The notes below the pieces were generated by a model, which was not told the origin of the DNA, searched no databases, and saw only the letters and a program-made list of their open reading frames with translations. DNA of 64,000 bases from Longimicrobiales bacterium (GTDB lineage: Bacteria; Gemmatimonadota; Gemmatimonadetes; Longimicrobiales; Gaopeijiaceae): NCBI GenBank assembly GCA_965238005.1, contig OZ250165.1:4224001-4288000 (forward strand). Direction: 5' to 3'. The position numbers and the translations under genes are program-made. Of this stretch, positions 49,448-59,219 are shown in pieces (position 1 is the first letter of the stretch; each line of letters opens with the position of its first letter).

Positions 49448-50029
49448 CTACTCCAACAACATACGTGCGGACGCCACCGCGTCGCGCTGAAAGGACCCCG
49501 TGGGATCGAGCTTGCCCACCGTGGACAGGCCCTGTCCCAGGGTCGTGAAGAGCCGGGCCAGGGTCCGGGGATCGCGCCCCGCTGCAAGCTCCCCATCGGC
49601 TCGCGCCTTCTCGAGTGCATAGGTAAAGGCGTCTTCCATCTCGCCCAGCATCTGTCCGAGCTCGGCGGAAAACCGAGTGTCACGCATTCCGAACTCGGCG
49701 ATCGAGTTGGCCATCAGACACCCTCGTTGCGCCATCTGCGCGTCCGCCGTGCCCCAGCTATCGAGGATCGTCCTGACGTTCTGGAGCCCGGAGCCCGATC
49801 CTCGCAACATCTCTACCATCGGCTGCAACCGCGCTTTCCGGTAGTGTCGAAGGGCCTCGATGAAAAGGGACTCCTTGTCGCCGAAGGTGTTGTAGAGGCT
49901 CTGTCTACCCACGCCCATGTGCGAGCATAGGTCGGCCACTCCGGTCGCCTCGTACCCCTGCAACCAGAAAAGCTGCATGGCTTTGTCGAGCGCGTCGTCA
50001 CGCTCGAACTCTCTGGGTCTGCCTATCAT
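49448..50029 (-). CDS. TetR-family regulator (ComR/NemR-like)
   Basis: GRPREF, FWLQGYEAT, SLYNTFGDKESLF and GCLMAN motifs. Confidence 0.92.
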   Translation of the reverse strand: MIGRPREFERDDALDKAMQLFWLQGYEATGVADLCSHMGVGRQSLYNTFGDKESLFIEALRHYRKARLQPMVEMLRGSGSGLQNVRTILDSWGTADAQMAQRGCLMANSIAEFGMRDTRFSAELGQMLGEMEDAFTYALEKARADGELAAGRDPRTLARLFTTLGQGLSTVGKLDPTGSFQRDAVASARMLLE

Positions 50030-50035
50030 GAGGGG

Positions 50036-50063
50036 AAGATATAGTTTATGACCGATCTGTCAA
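50036..50063 (-). promoter_or_regulatory. Leaderless tetR promoter with an overlapping operator
   Basis: TTGACA-N16-TATCTT ending 6 nt before the ATG; palindrome TGACCGATCTGTCA at 50049-50062. Confidence 0.65.
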
Positions 50064-50094
50064 GAAGTAGATGAGATGTGCGACGAGACATGGC

Positions 50095-50175
50095 CGTTTT
50101 CAGCGGGCCAGGATCGAGGTCCTGCCCCAACTCTCCATCGAGCCCAGCGTCTCGTTCAACTGGGTCGATCTGCTT
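50095..50175 (+). pseudogene. Short scar resembling the C-terminal region of DUF5916-type outer-membrane proteins
   Basis: RARIEVLPQLSIEPSVSFNWVDL; recognition from memory only. Confidence 0.35.
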
Positions 50176-50228
50176 AGATGGCACGCCCCCCTGAGTCTAC
50201 GATTCGCCAACGTGGGCCAGCCCCATGG

Positions 50229-51116
50229 CTACCAGTTCCAAACGAAGTTCACCAAGGGGAGGGCCACGTCTAGGGAGCCATCCACAAACGGCAAGAGCAG
50301 GCCGAGGTCTGCCGAGAGGCGCTCACCAAAGAACCGGGGACCAAACGAGAGTAGCACGTCTCCACTGGGAAGCAGGTAGTTCTCCGTTATGAACTTGGTC
50401 CGCCGCCCCACCCGGGTCTCACCCCCAAGCATGATGGCCGGGTTGTCGGCGAGATCGCCGTCGACCCAGCCATAGCCCAGCCCGAGACTGATCGCGCTGT
50501 CGGGGCCGCCACTCGTGACGACTCCGTACAAGATCCCCGCACTACCGTCTCCCCCAATCGTGCTGAATGCAAGCACACCGACCGCCAAGTCTGTCCGGGC
50601 GTTGCTCGCGAGGCACAGCTTCGGCGCGAACCAGAAGATCCGCTCTCCTTCGTCTCCTCCGAAAAATAGAGGCGTGCCACCGGACAGGATCAGCCGGTCG
50701 GTCACACCAAAGCTGAGAAACGGCATGACCAGCTCGAAGACCGAGAAGTAACCTCCTCCAGCTGGCAGAGTTCGAGCGGTAGGCCCGAAGAAAAGACGCG
50801 TACGGTTCGGATCGGCGCGCCAGAATGCGCCCTGCCGTACCCGTGCGCGGGCGATAGACAAACTCCGTACGTCGGCGTGTGGGACTTGGATCTCGATTCC
50901 CGCCACGAGCCGGAACGTGGCCGGGTCTGAGGCGTCCAAGACACGCCCAAAGAAAACGCTACCATCGCTCAGCACTAGTTCCTGAACCTGCCCTTCCGCA
51001 GGGACCTGGATGTTCACGACTTGGGCCTCGAGAGGGAGCGAAAGCAGTGCCCCGGCCAGCGACGAAGTCACCAGGATGGTGCGCAGTCTCCTCTCGCCCC
51101 CTGGGCGATCGGCCAT
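50229..51116 (-). CDS. Hypothetical exported protein, beta-barrel-like C-terminus
   Basis: Signal peptide LEA|Q; DPNRTRLFFGPTARTL; ends in VNFVWNW. Confidence 0.7.
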   Translation of the reverse strand: MADRPGGERRLRTILVTSSLAGALLSLPLEAQVVNIQVPAEGQVQELVLSDGSVFFGRVLDASDPATFRLVAGIEIQVPHADVRSLSIARARVRQGAFWRADPNRTRLFFGPTARTLPAGGGYFSVFELVMPFLSFGVTDRLILSGGTPLFFGGDEGERIFWFAPKLCLASNARTDLAVGVLAFSTIGGDGSAGILYGVVTSGGPDSAISLGLGYGWVDGDLADNPAIMLGGETRVGRRTKFITENYLLPSGDVLLSFGPRFFGERLSADLGLLLPFVDGSLDVALPLVNFVWNW

Positions 51117-51288
51117 GACTTTCCTCGGCCTTAGCTCAGGGCTCACCGGGGGGAGATCTCGGACTCGACGAGGTGGTGACCTGGGGCTTGGTGGCGGCGA
51201 GCCTTGCGGACCTTTCGCGTCTAGCCGTGAGGCGCTTGATGATGCGAGGAGCATATAATGGCCGACACAGCGAAGCACACGAGCACCA

Positions 51289-54200
51289 TCATTCTCTTTG
51301 TGTTGAGGCGCGACGGGGAGGCGAAACGGTCGGCACGCGCGGCGGCCAGAGGCTTTCAGCGTTCAGCTCCTCGTAGAGGGACGGCAGCTCCGACTGAATC
51401 AGGCCGTTGAGCACCTCCACGAGCTCGGTCCCCTCCTCGAAGGCCCAATCGAGGGCCCGACGCTCGTCGGGACGAGGTGCCCCTTCGTATTCCCTGATGT
51501 CGCCACCCAGGTGAGGTATAGGGTCGATGCTGCCCTGAACATCACGGGCTTCGTCCTGGATCTCCTCCAACTGGTCGGCCAACTCCTTCAGGCGATCGCC
51601 CAGGCCCTCGGGCACGGGATCATCCTGCCTCTTGGCCAGTGTGCCCTGGACCTCATCGAGCTGCTCCTTGAGCCGGCGGGCGGCCTTCTCGGACGCATCC
51701 ATGGCCCTCTGGAGGTCCCGAATGGTGAGCAGGGCGTCATGGCGAGCCCGCCTGTCGGCGTCGGAGACGGCTATCTCCGGGTCAGGCCCCACGACGATAT
51801 TGCCGGTGAGGCGCAGGGGCTGGTCGGAGCCCGAGCCACCGACTCCCCCGGAGCCACCGCGACGGACCGTCACCTGCACAGAGTAGTCCCCCGGCAGCAC
51901 CGGAGGGCCGCTGGGTATCCCGGCGTAGCCGAAGGTCTGCCCCTCCTCCGGCTCGAAGGGCGGCTCCATCAGAAGATCCCAGGTGACGCGGTTGATGCCC
52001 CGCTTCCCGGACCCCTCCAGCTTCCGAACCTGCTCGCCGCTGGCATCCCGGATGCTGATCTCCACCTCATCCGCCGCCTCCCGGAGGTAGTAGGTGATCC
52101 GGGCACCGTAGTCTGGGTTGGGGGCAAAGAACTGACCCCTGCCGAACCAACCCTGTGGGCTGTTCATATGGAACAGTCGGGCAGGTTGCCCAGGTAGCAG
52201 CTGTCCGTCGCTGCCCAGCACCTCCTCTGTGAGGGCCTCCAGGGGCCCGATGTCGTCGAGGATCCAGATGCTGCGCCCATGGGTGCCGACGATCAGGTCG
52301 TTGTCCCGGGGGTGGATCACCAGATCGTCCACCGGCACCGGGGGCAGATTGTTGTTCAGCGACGCCCAGCTCTCTCCCCGATCGATCGATACATGCACCC
52401 CCTTCTCGTGACCCACGAATAGTAAGTTCGGGTTCCGGTGATGCTCCTGGATGACGTTCACCGAGGTCTCCTCCGGCAGCCCGTTCGTCAACGACCGCCA
52501 CATCCGGCCGTAGTTGTCCGACACGTACACGTAGGGCTTGTAGTCGTCGTTGGCATGGCCATCGAAGGTGGCGTACACGCGCCCCGGAGCATGAGCCGAG
52601 ACAACCATCCCGCTCACATAGGTGAACGGAGGAAGGCCGGGGATGTCGGTGATGTTGGTCCAGTTCGCCCCTCCATCCCGGGTCAGGTGCACCTGACCAT
52701 CGTCACTGCCGGTGTAGAGTACCTCCGGTTCCAGTGGCGACTCACTGACGGTCGTGAGGTTGCCGTAGGAGGAGACCCCGTCGTGACGGGAGAGGGCTTC
52801 GTCGGTGACCTTTCGACCCATTATCTCCAGCTCGTCCCGGTCGATGGCGCTGGTCAGATCCGGGCTGATCTCCTCCCAGGTGACCCCACGATCGGTGGAC
52901 CGGTGAACATGGTTCGAGCCCACGTAGATCGTCGCCGGATCACGGGTCGACATGACGATGGGGGTATTCCAGTTCCAGCGGTATCCGTCGTCGTCATCCT
53001 CGGGCTTGGCCTTGGGCATCGGTCGGAGCTGCTGACGATGCATGGTGGTGAGATCGAGCCGGTAGATCCGTCCTCCCTGCCATTCCAGGAACAGAATCGT
53101 ATGGTCGTTGGGATCGATCTCGGCGTTGAAGCCGTCGCCACCGCCCACGTTGTAGACATCGTGGTTGGTGATGCCGTCGCGGCTGCGGGTGGCGGACGGG
53201 ACGCACCAGGAGCCGTTGTCCTGGAGGCCGCCGCAGACGTAATACGGATCCCGCATGTCGACGCCGATCTCGTAGAACTGGCCGATGGGAAGGTTGTCGA
53301 TGAACCTCCAGGTTTCTCCTCGATCCCAAGACATCATCACGCCGCCGTCGTTGCCCAAAAGCTGGCGGTTGGAGTTTCGCGGGTCGATCCACAACGCGTG
53401 GTTGTCCGGATGAACGCCTCCGCCACCAAAGGCGTGACCTTCGATCCATGTACTCCACAGTGGGGCGGTGAAGGTTCGGCCACCGTCGTCGGAGACGTGA
53501 AGGCGCTGGCCGAGCACGTAGACACGGTCAGGGTCGTTGGGGTCGACGCGGATCTGGCTGTAGTACGAGGGCCTGGGGTTGAGGGTGTTGACCTGCTCCC
53601 AGCTCTCCCCACGATCGGTGCTGCGAAACACGCCACCCTTCAGCTCGCTCTCCGGCCGCGGCGGAGCACCGAATCCTCCCCGAGGATCGGCCTCCACGAT
53701 CGCGTACACCAGCCGCGGATCCTTCGGATAGATCGCCAGGCCGATCCGACCCATCTCCCCCTCGGGCAGACCCTCGGTGAGCTCCTCCCAGCTCTCGCCG
53801 CCGTCCACGGTGCGGTACAGGCCACTGCCCGGCCCCCCACCGGCAAAACCCCAGTTGCTCCGCTGGCGCTGATACATCGCCGCAAGCAGGGTCTTCGGAT
53901 CCAGCGGATCCATCACCAGATCGACGGCCCCAGTGTGCTGATCCACGTACAGCACCTTCTCCCAGCTCTCACCCCCGTCCGTAGTCCGGTACACCCCACG
54001 CTCCTCGTTCGGACCCCACAGATGCCCCACCGCAGCCACATACACCACGTCGGGGTTGGTCGGGTGGATCACGATCCGCCCCACGTGCCGGGTCTCCTTC
54101 AACCCCACGTGCTGCCAGCTCCGGGCGCCGTCGACCGACACGTACACCCCGTCCCCCCAGGGCGAGCTCTGCCGGTTGTTCGCCTCCCCGGTGCCCACCC

Positions 54201-54606
54201 ACACGATGTTGGGGTTGGAGGGAGCTACCGCCACATCGCCGATCGACAGCAACCCGTCGACCTCATCGAACACCGGCTCCCAGGTGGTCCCCTCGTTGCT
54301 CGAGGCCCACAGTCCGCCGCTGGCGGTGGCGGCGTAGATGACGTCCGGGGCTTCCGGCCTCAGGGCCACAGCGAAATCCACCGTCCGGCCCCCATGGTTG
54401 GCGGGGCCGATGCTGCGCCATTTCAATCCGGCGAAGAGGGTGTCGTCCAGCTCCGATCGCCCCTGGGCAAGCGTTGCCAGAACGCTTGAGTCACCGAGGG
54501 CGGCCGGCCCCGGGTCACCGCTGGCAGCCGGCACCGGGACGGCAAGGCCGGAGCTGCCTGCGAACACAACAGCCAAGAGTATGACGGTCACTCCGTGGGG
54601 TTTCAT
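51289..54606 (-). CDS. VPS10/sortilin-like BNR-repeat protein (putative glycosyl hydrolase)
   Basis: WRSIGPA..GGR, many S/T-x-D-G-G-x-T/S-W Asp-boxes, GGLQDNG and GTHGRSIWILDD. Confidence 0.9.
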   Translation of the reverse strand: MKPHGVTVILLAVVFAGSSGLAVPVPAASGDPGPAALGDSSVLATLAQGRSELDDTLFAGLKWRSIGPANHGGRTVDFAVALRPEAPDVIYAATASGGLWASSNEGTTWEPVFDEVDGLLSIGDVAVAPSNPNIVWVGTGEANNRQSSPWGDGVYVSVDGARSWQHVGLKETRHVGRIVIHPTNPDVVYVAAVGHLWGPNEERGVYRTTDGGESWEKVLYVDQHTGAVDLVMDPLDPKTLLAAMYQRQRSNWGFAGGGPGSGLYRTVDGGESWEELTEGLPEGEMGRIGLAIYPKDPRLVYAIVEADPRGGFGAPPRPESELKGGVFRSTDRGESWEQVNTLNPRPSYYSQIRVDPNDPDRVYVLGQRLHVSDDGGRTFTAPLWSTWIEGHAFGGGGVHPDNHALWIDPRNSNRQLLGNDGGVMMSWDRGETWRFIDNLPIGQFYEIGVDMRDPYYVCGGLQDNGSWCVPSATRSRDGITNHDVYNVGGGDGFNAEIDPNDHTILFLEWQGGRIYRLDLTTMHRQQLRPMPKAKPEDDDDGYRWNWNTPIVMSTRDPATIYVGSNHVHRSTDRGVTWEEISPDLTSAIDRDELEIMGRKVTDEALSRHDGVSSYGNLTTVSESPLEPEVLYTGSDDGQVHLTRDGGANWTNITDIPGLPPFTYVSGMVVSAHAPGRVYATFDGHANDDYKPYVYVSDNYGRMWRSLTNGLPEETSVNVIQEHHRNPNLLFVGHEKGVHVSIDRGESWASLNNNLPPVPVDDLVIHPRDNDLIVGTHGRSIWILDDIGPLEALTEEVLGSDGQLLPGQPARLFHMNSPQGWFGRGQFFAPNPDYGARITYYLREAADEVEISIRDASGEQVRKLEGSGKRGINRVTWDLLMEPPFEPEEGQTFGYAGIPSGPPVLPGDYSVQVTVRRGGSGGVGGSGSDQPLRLTGNIVVGPDPEIAVSDADRRARHDALLTIRDLQRAMDASEKAARRLKEQLDEVQGTLAKRQDDPVPEGLGDRLKELADQLEEIQDEARDVQGSIDPIPHLGGDIREYEGAPRPDERRALDWAFEEGTELVEVLNGLIQSELPSLYEELNAESLWPPRVPTVSPPRRASTQRE

Positions 54607-54702
54607 GGGGGCCTCCCTGGATGATCCGACGGCGTAGCGATGATGCGAACCCTAACCGCCATGCCGAACCCGCCACAAGCGGGCGTTCGTCGTGAACAAA
54701 GT

Positions 54703-54754
54703 CTTCTTGGACACAAACCCTCGTACGTATATTCACGATATAAAGATACGTACG
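54703..54754 (+). promoter_or_regulatory. Conserved AT-rich palindromic element, copy 2
   Basis: CGTACGTAT-N15-ATACGTACG perfect arms, preceded by CTTCTTGGACA. Confidence 0.6.
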
Positions 54755-54897
54755 GTTCGAGAGCAATAGACCGAGCGAAGTGCCCAAGCATCAATCCCGT
54801 GGTAGCTTTGACCCATGTCTGATTCCCCGGAGCCGGTATCGTCCAGCCCCTTCAGGCGCCCGCCCGGTCCTCGGAATCCCCTGAACCGGCGGCGTAG

Positions 54898-56745
54898 GTG
54901 ACGGTTCGGCCGCGGGATACCACTTTCGACCAGGCGAGGCCGACGCTGCCCTCGTGGCGCGCGGCCTTGGTCCTAGGGGCATTGGCAGCCCTGCCTGTCC
55001 TCTATTTCCGGGTCCGACTCCCTGCTGCGACCGACCTCGCGCTCCACCTCGCGATGGCGGGACAGTTCGCGCGTGGCGTTGCGGAGGGGCATTGGTACCC
55101 CCGCTGGTATGGCGACTTCAACCTGGGGTGGGGTGGGCCGACGGGCTACTTCTACCCGCCCGCCTTATCTGCGCTGACCGCATTTTTCTCGTGGATTGCG
55201 GGCGGGCGATTGATGGCGGGACTGACAGTGGCCTTGGGGGTCTTCTCGTTCCTCGGTGCATGTGGGGTCTACACCTTGGCCCGGGCGCTCCAGGCGGGCC
55301 GTTACGCATGGCTCGCGGTCGGTCTTTGGCTCATTACGCCCTTCAGGGCCTTCGAGCTCTACTCGTCCGGACTGTTGTCTTGCCTGGCAGGCGGCGGTCT
55401 GGCCGCGTGGGTATTGGTTGCGCTTCACCGGTTGGAGGTGGCCCCACCCTCGGAGAGGGCGCGTGCCGTATCGTTCTTCGCCCTCGCCTATGGATTGCTG
55501 GCTCTCACAAATCTCCCGTACGTGGTCATGGCAACTTATCTCGTGGCGGCTTGGGTGGTGATTCGTAGCGCGTTGCGCGAGGAGTTGAGTGGCTCCCTCC
55601 AGATCGTCGTGGCCGGCGTGCTCGGCGCTGCCGTCGCTGGGGTCTACCTGCTACCGATGCTTGTACATCTTCCCCAGATGTTCGTACCCCAGACCGTGAA
55701 TGCCGAGTGGTGGCGCCTCAACTTCCTGTTCGACAGCGACGCGTGGATGATGCCGCGGCTTAGGCGGACGCTCGAGGACGCAGCACTCCTGCCCGCGAGT
55801 GGACTCGTCATGAGCCTCGCAATTCTGGGGGTCCTACGGAGATCGGGTCCCGTCGAACGGATCGGCGCCTCCGCTGGGCCCGACGTCATGGAGACGGAAC
55901 CCTCCCCGGACCCGCGGCGCGCCGCCTCGAGCGGGGTCCGACTGCTGGCTACGTTCGGCGTCCTTTCCCTCGTCCTGACGACCCCATTGTCGACGGTGTT
56001 CTGGGCGACACTGCCGGTCCTACACGAGACCCTTTTACCGTGGCGTTTTCTGGAAGTGGTGGCGGTTTCCTGGGCCGTGCTGACGGGCGTCGCGATACGG
56101 GCCGTGGTGTCGAGCGCGATCGACGCCCGGTCTTCTCCGGGCCGCGCAAGCGATTTGGCCGTTCTGGTGCTCGCCGGTGGCCTCGTCGTCGTCGGTGTAC
56201 TCACCCGTGTATCATTCGGCTCGATTGCGCGGATGACCCCGGTCGTCGAAGCATTCCACTCCGGAGAGCTCTCGGGTGAAGCCCTCGCTCGGACCTTCCA
56301 CGCCCGTCAGTCTTTTTTCTTGCCGAGCACCGGGGTCGATCCCACGACGCTCCCGGATCAGCCTCCGGTGCTTCCGTTGACGGCTGGATGCCACGTTTCA
56401 CTGGAGGCCTGGGACCAGGCGGAGCGCCTCTTCACGGTCGAGAGCGACGGACCCTGCGAGGTGGCGCTCCGAACCTACCACTTTCCGGGATGGAAAGCCG
56501 AGAGTGCCACGGAGAATGGCACGCGTCCGGTCGGGGTGAGACCGGACGCGGACGGCGGTCGCCTTCTGGTCTCGGTACCGGAGGGTGAGTCGCGCATCCG
56601 CGTCTGGTTCGCGAGTGGGGGGCCGACGGTGCTGGGGGCCGTGCTCAGCGTCGCCGCGTTGACGGTCTGCGTCGGGTTGGGTCGCCGCCCTGCCTCCGGT
56701 CGCGGCCGGCGCACGGAGATTGGGCCGGATCCTTGCACCCCGTAG
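54898..56745 (+). CDS. Polytopic GT-C-like membrane protein (PTPS-related/YfhO-like)
   Basis: DLALH, WYPRW..DFNLGWGGP..YFYPP, LPWRFL and HFPGWKA motifs; many TM helices. Confidence 0.75.
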   Translation: MTVRPRDTTFDQARPTLPSWRAALVLGALAALPVLYFRVRLPAATDLALHLAMAGQFARGVAEGHWYPRWYGDFNLGWGGPTGYFYPPALSALTAFFSWIAGGRLMAGLTVALGVFSFLGACGVYTLARALQAGRYAWLAVGLWLITPFRAFELYSSGLLSCLAGGGLAAWVLVALHRLEVAPPSERARAVSFFALAYGLLALTNLPYVVMATYLVAAWVVIRSALREELSGSLQIVVAGVLGAAVAGVYLLPMLVHLPQMFVPQTVNAEWWRLNFLFDSDAWMMPRLRRTLEDAALLPASGLVMSLAILGVLRRSGPVERIGASAGPDVMETEPSPDPRRAASSGVRLLATFGVLSLVLTTPLSTVFWATLPVLHETLLPWRFLEVVAVSWAVLTGVAIRAVVSSAIDARSSPGRASDLAVLVLAGGLVVVGVLTRVSFGSIARMTPVVEAFHSGELSGEALARTFHARQSFFLPSTGVDPTTLPDQPPVLPLTAGCHVSLEAWDQAERLFTVESDGPCEVALRTYHFPGWKAESATENGTRPVGVRPDADGGRLLVSVPEGESRIRVWFASGGPTVLGAVLSVAALTVCVGLGRRPASGRGRRTEIGPDPCTP

Positions 56746-56783
56746 GGCTTTTGACTTGCCCTTGTATTGCAATCGTTTCCCAG

Positions 56784-56827
56784 TGAGCCGGGTGAGTCTC
56801 GAACCCACGACCTACGGATAAAAGTCC
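56784..56827 (-). tRNA. 3' half of tRNA-Lys(UUU), degenerate; att-site-like, not a functional tRNA
   Basis: GGACTTTTATCCGTAGGTCGTGGGTTCGAGACTCACCCGGCTCA has an anticodon loop one A short, an intact T-arm and the acceptor 3' strand; no 5' half. Confidence 0.75.
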
Positions 56828-56858
56828 CATCCGCTCCGGACCCCAGGCCAGACGCGAT

Positions 56859-57041
56859 TCAGAAGTGCCAGAAAAGCGAAACCTTGAGGCGCGCGTCGAG
56901 CTCTTCATCGTTGATCGGAACGCTGACGCCGATGCCGATGAACAGCGGCGACTCCGGGAGCGGAGCCACCTTCGCTCCCGGCGAGACCGCAACCACTCCC
57001 TCTCCAGCCTCTTCGCCGCTCAGACCGATTATGCCATTCAA
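56859..57041 (-). pseudogene. C-terminal fragment of an outer-membrane 'transporter' barrel
   Basis: SPGAKV...IGIGVSVPI...LKVSLFWHF with terminal Phe; upstream part missing. Confidence 0.55.
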
Positions 57042-57344
57042 CGGGCGGTTGCATGAAAGCTTTTCATCGTCCGACCTCCTTCTATGAAGCTTTAGGTACT
57101 GGCCGGTGGGTCTTCGACGCCACCTTGTTAGCCAGAACGTGTTCGTAGGTTAGTGCGCGCAATCTCCAAGATCCTACAGATTGTTCTGTGAGTAGTGCGT
57201 CGACGCCGGTGAACCGCCTGATCCAGGGAACGGGTGCATAGGGTCCCGTATTCTCCCCATGAAAGAGAGGCGCTTGCACTGGGCATCCCGTGTTACAGCG
57301 CAGGTGCCCTCCTGCGGCGCGGTTGACGTGATGGGAGACTAGCG

Positions 57345-58088
57345 ATGGCGGAGGAGGCGACACAGGGCATCCTGCTAGTGTCCGATATCAGCGGCTACAC
57401 GGACTTCGTCCGCCAGCACGCCCGTTCGGCCGGCCACGCTCGGCAGATCACGGTGCACTTCCTCAAGGCGATCGTTGCCGCGTCGAGTCCGCCGCTTTCG
57501 GTGGCAGAGCTGGAAGGCGACGCGGTGTTCTTCTACGCCCTCGGGTCGGAAGAGGAGCTGCCCGAGTTGGCCAGGCAGGTGAAGGACCAGATCCCGAGGC
57601 TCTTCCGAGCTTTTGCAAAGGAGATGGCGGTTCTGAGCTCAGGGCCAAAGTGTAGCTGCCACGCCTGTGCGGGCATCGGAGACCTGCGCCTCAAGCAGGT
57701 AGTCCACACAGGCGAGGTAGCCGTGGACAAGATCGGTCGCTTCGAGAAGCTGTTCGGACTCGACGTCATCATCGTCCACCGAATGCTGAAGAACTCGGTG
57801 CCGGAGAGGGAGTACCTGATGGTGTCCGAGTCCGCGTTCTCCAACTTCGGCGATTTTTTTGGCCTCGAGCCGGAGCGACGCGTGGTGGAGCTGGAGGGGA
57901 TCGGAGAGCTCCGGACGATGGTGTTCTTTGCGGAGCAGCTGGCGTTGGTGCAGGAGGAGCTCGACAACGAGGAAGGACCGATTCCGGACCCCTCTCTCGC
58001 TCAAATACTTCGCTGGAAGCTCGCCCTCCTGGTCCGCACCCTCCTCGACATGGTCACACGGCGAAGCCCGCCGGGCGAAGCGCGTTGA
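57345..58088 (+). CDS. DUF2652 domain protein (nucleotide-cyclase-like fold)
   Basis: DISGYT, EGDAVFF, C.C.AC, LKQVVHTGE and VHRMLKNSV motifs. Confidence 0.8.
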   Translation: MAEEATQGILLVSDISGYTDFVRQHARSAGHARQITVHFLKAIVAASSPPLSVAELEGDAVFFYALGSEEELPELARQVKDQIPRLFRAFAKEMAVLSSGPKCSCHACAGIGDLRLKQVVHTGEVAVDKIGRFEKLFGLDVIIVHRMLKNSVPEREYLMVSESAFSNFGDFFGLEPERRVVELEGIGELRTMVFFAEQLALVQEELDNEEGPIPDPSLAQILRWKLALLVRTLLDMVTRRSPPGEAR

Positions 58089-58094
58089 CTGGAG

Positions 58095-58676
58095 CTATAA
58101 CAGAGCAAAGATGGGTTCCCGAACTCCCTTGACGCCCCACGAAATGCAGACCAACAGCCACGCGATCGCCAACGCACCGTGGAACGCCCGATTGTTGCTG
58201 CGGATCCCGATGGCAAACGCGACGGTAAACACCACGAGAGAAACTAGGTGGAGCGGTACCCAGCCAGAGCCGAGCGCCTGCTGCTCCAGCGCGGCGTCTG
58301 TAAAATCGACCGCCTGAAACACCAGGCATACCATGAAGAACCGGGGTCGATTCGCCTCGAAGTGAACGCGGAAGTCGATGATCTCCGCACCTCTCACTGG
58401 GTAGAGCAGTCCGCTCATGAGATACAGGACCACGGAGTACGCTACGAGGTTCAGGAAGTGGAGAAGCGTCCACTCTTGGATGGCAGTGAGGCTGAAGTTG
58501 AACCACCAGACCAGGAGCGTCGTAACGAATACGTTGGCCGTCCATACGGCATGGATCCAATCCATTCGTTCGCGGATCCTCGTGTCCAGGATCAGCGAGA
58601 CGCCGCTGAGGAGGTGAACGACAGCGAGGCCAAGTATCACTGAGACGAAGACGGTCAGATACTCGTATGGATCCAT
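58095..58676 (-). CDS. Hypothetical membrane protein (~6 TM)
   Basis: YEYLTVFVSVILGLAV..LL, DWIH..W; hydrophobic throughout. Confidence 0.75.
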   Translation of the reverse strand: MDPYEYLTVFVSVILGLAVVHLLSGVSLILDTRIRERMDWIHAVWTANVFVTTLLVWWFNFSLTAIQEWTLLHFLNLVAYSVVLYLMSGLLYPVRGAEIIDFRVHFEANRPRFFMVCLVFQAVDFTDAALEQQALGSGWVPLHLVSLVVFTVAFAIGIRSNNRAFHGALAIAWLLVCISWGVKGVREPIFALL

Positions 58677-59219
58677 TATCAGCTAGTCCGGGGGTTGCCG
58701 TCCTCGGCGAAACGTCGATTCGAGTGATCGGTCCCGTTGACGGCCGGGGACCCGGGACTCTCCTCGCAAGCCAATACGACGGCCAGCAACCAAGCGACCA
58801 GCGATCGCGGCTTAGGACGGAGTCGTCGAACTTCCATGCCAAGAGGAATGCATCACAGTCGCGTGTTCCGTTCCACGCTGTGGACGACACGTTGCACTCC
58901 TATTTCGGTGACTCGGAGAGCGTGGGATGTGCGATCATCGCGTCCCGCAGCGTGGTCCAGGGCAGCCCGCTCGCGTCGAGTCGCTCATGCTCGCTCATGC
59001 TCCCCCCCATCGGTATCCGATCTGTTATGCAACGGGCGAAAGTAAACGGGGCCGGACCGCGGATGTGGCCCGCCCCCGTCGACCTGTGCGCCGTTCGTGT
59101 CGGAAGCCGGTGGATCGGTCTCCGGCAGCGCGACGCGGTGCCCTACCGATCCATTTGCGGCGGAGTCTGCACCCCATCAGGCTTCTCCAGAAGTTTCCGT
59201 TGGAGAAGTGCAGAGGGAT

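Noticed and set aside
56784..56827. Functional tRNA-Lys gene
   Set aside because: The 5' half is absent and the anticodon loop is one base short; kept only as an att-like fragment.
59020..59032. GTTATGC resembling an integron attC core site
   Set aside because: No matching inverse core or attC hairpin found, and no integrase.
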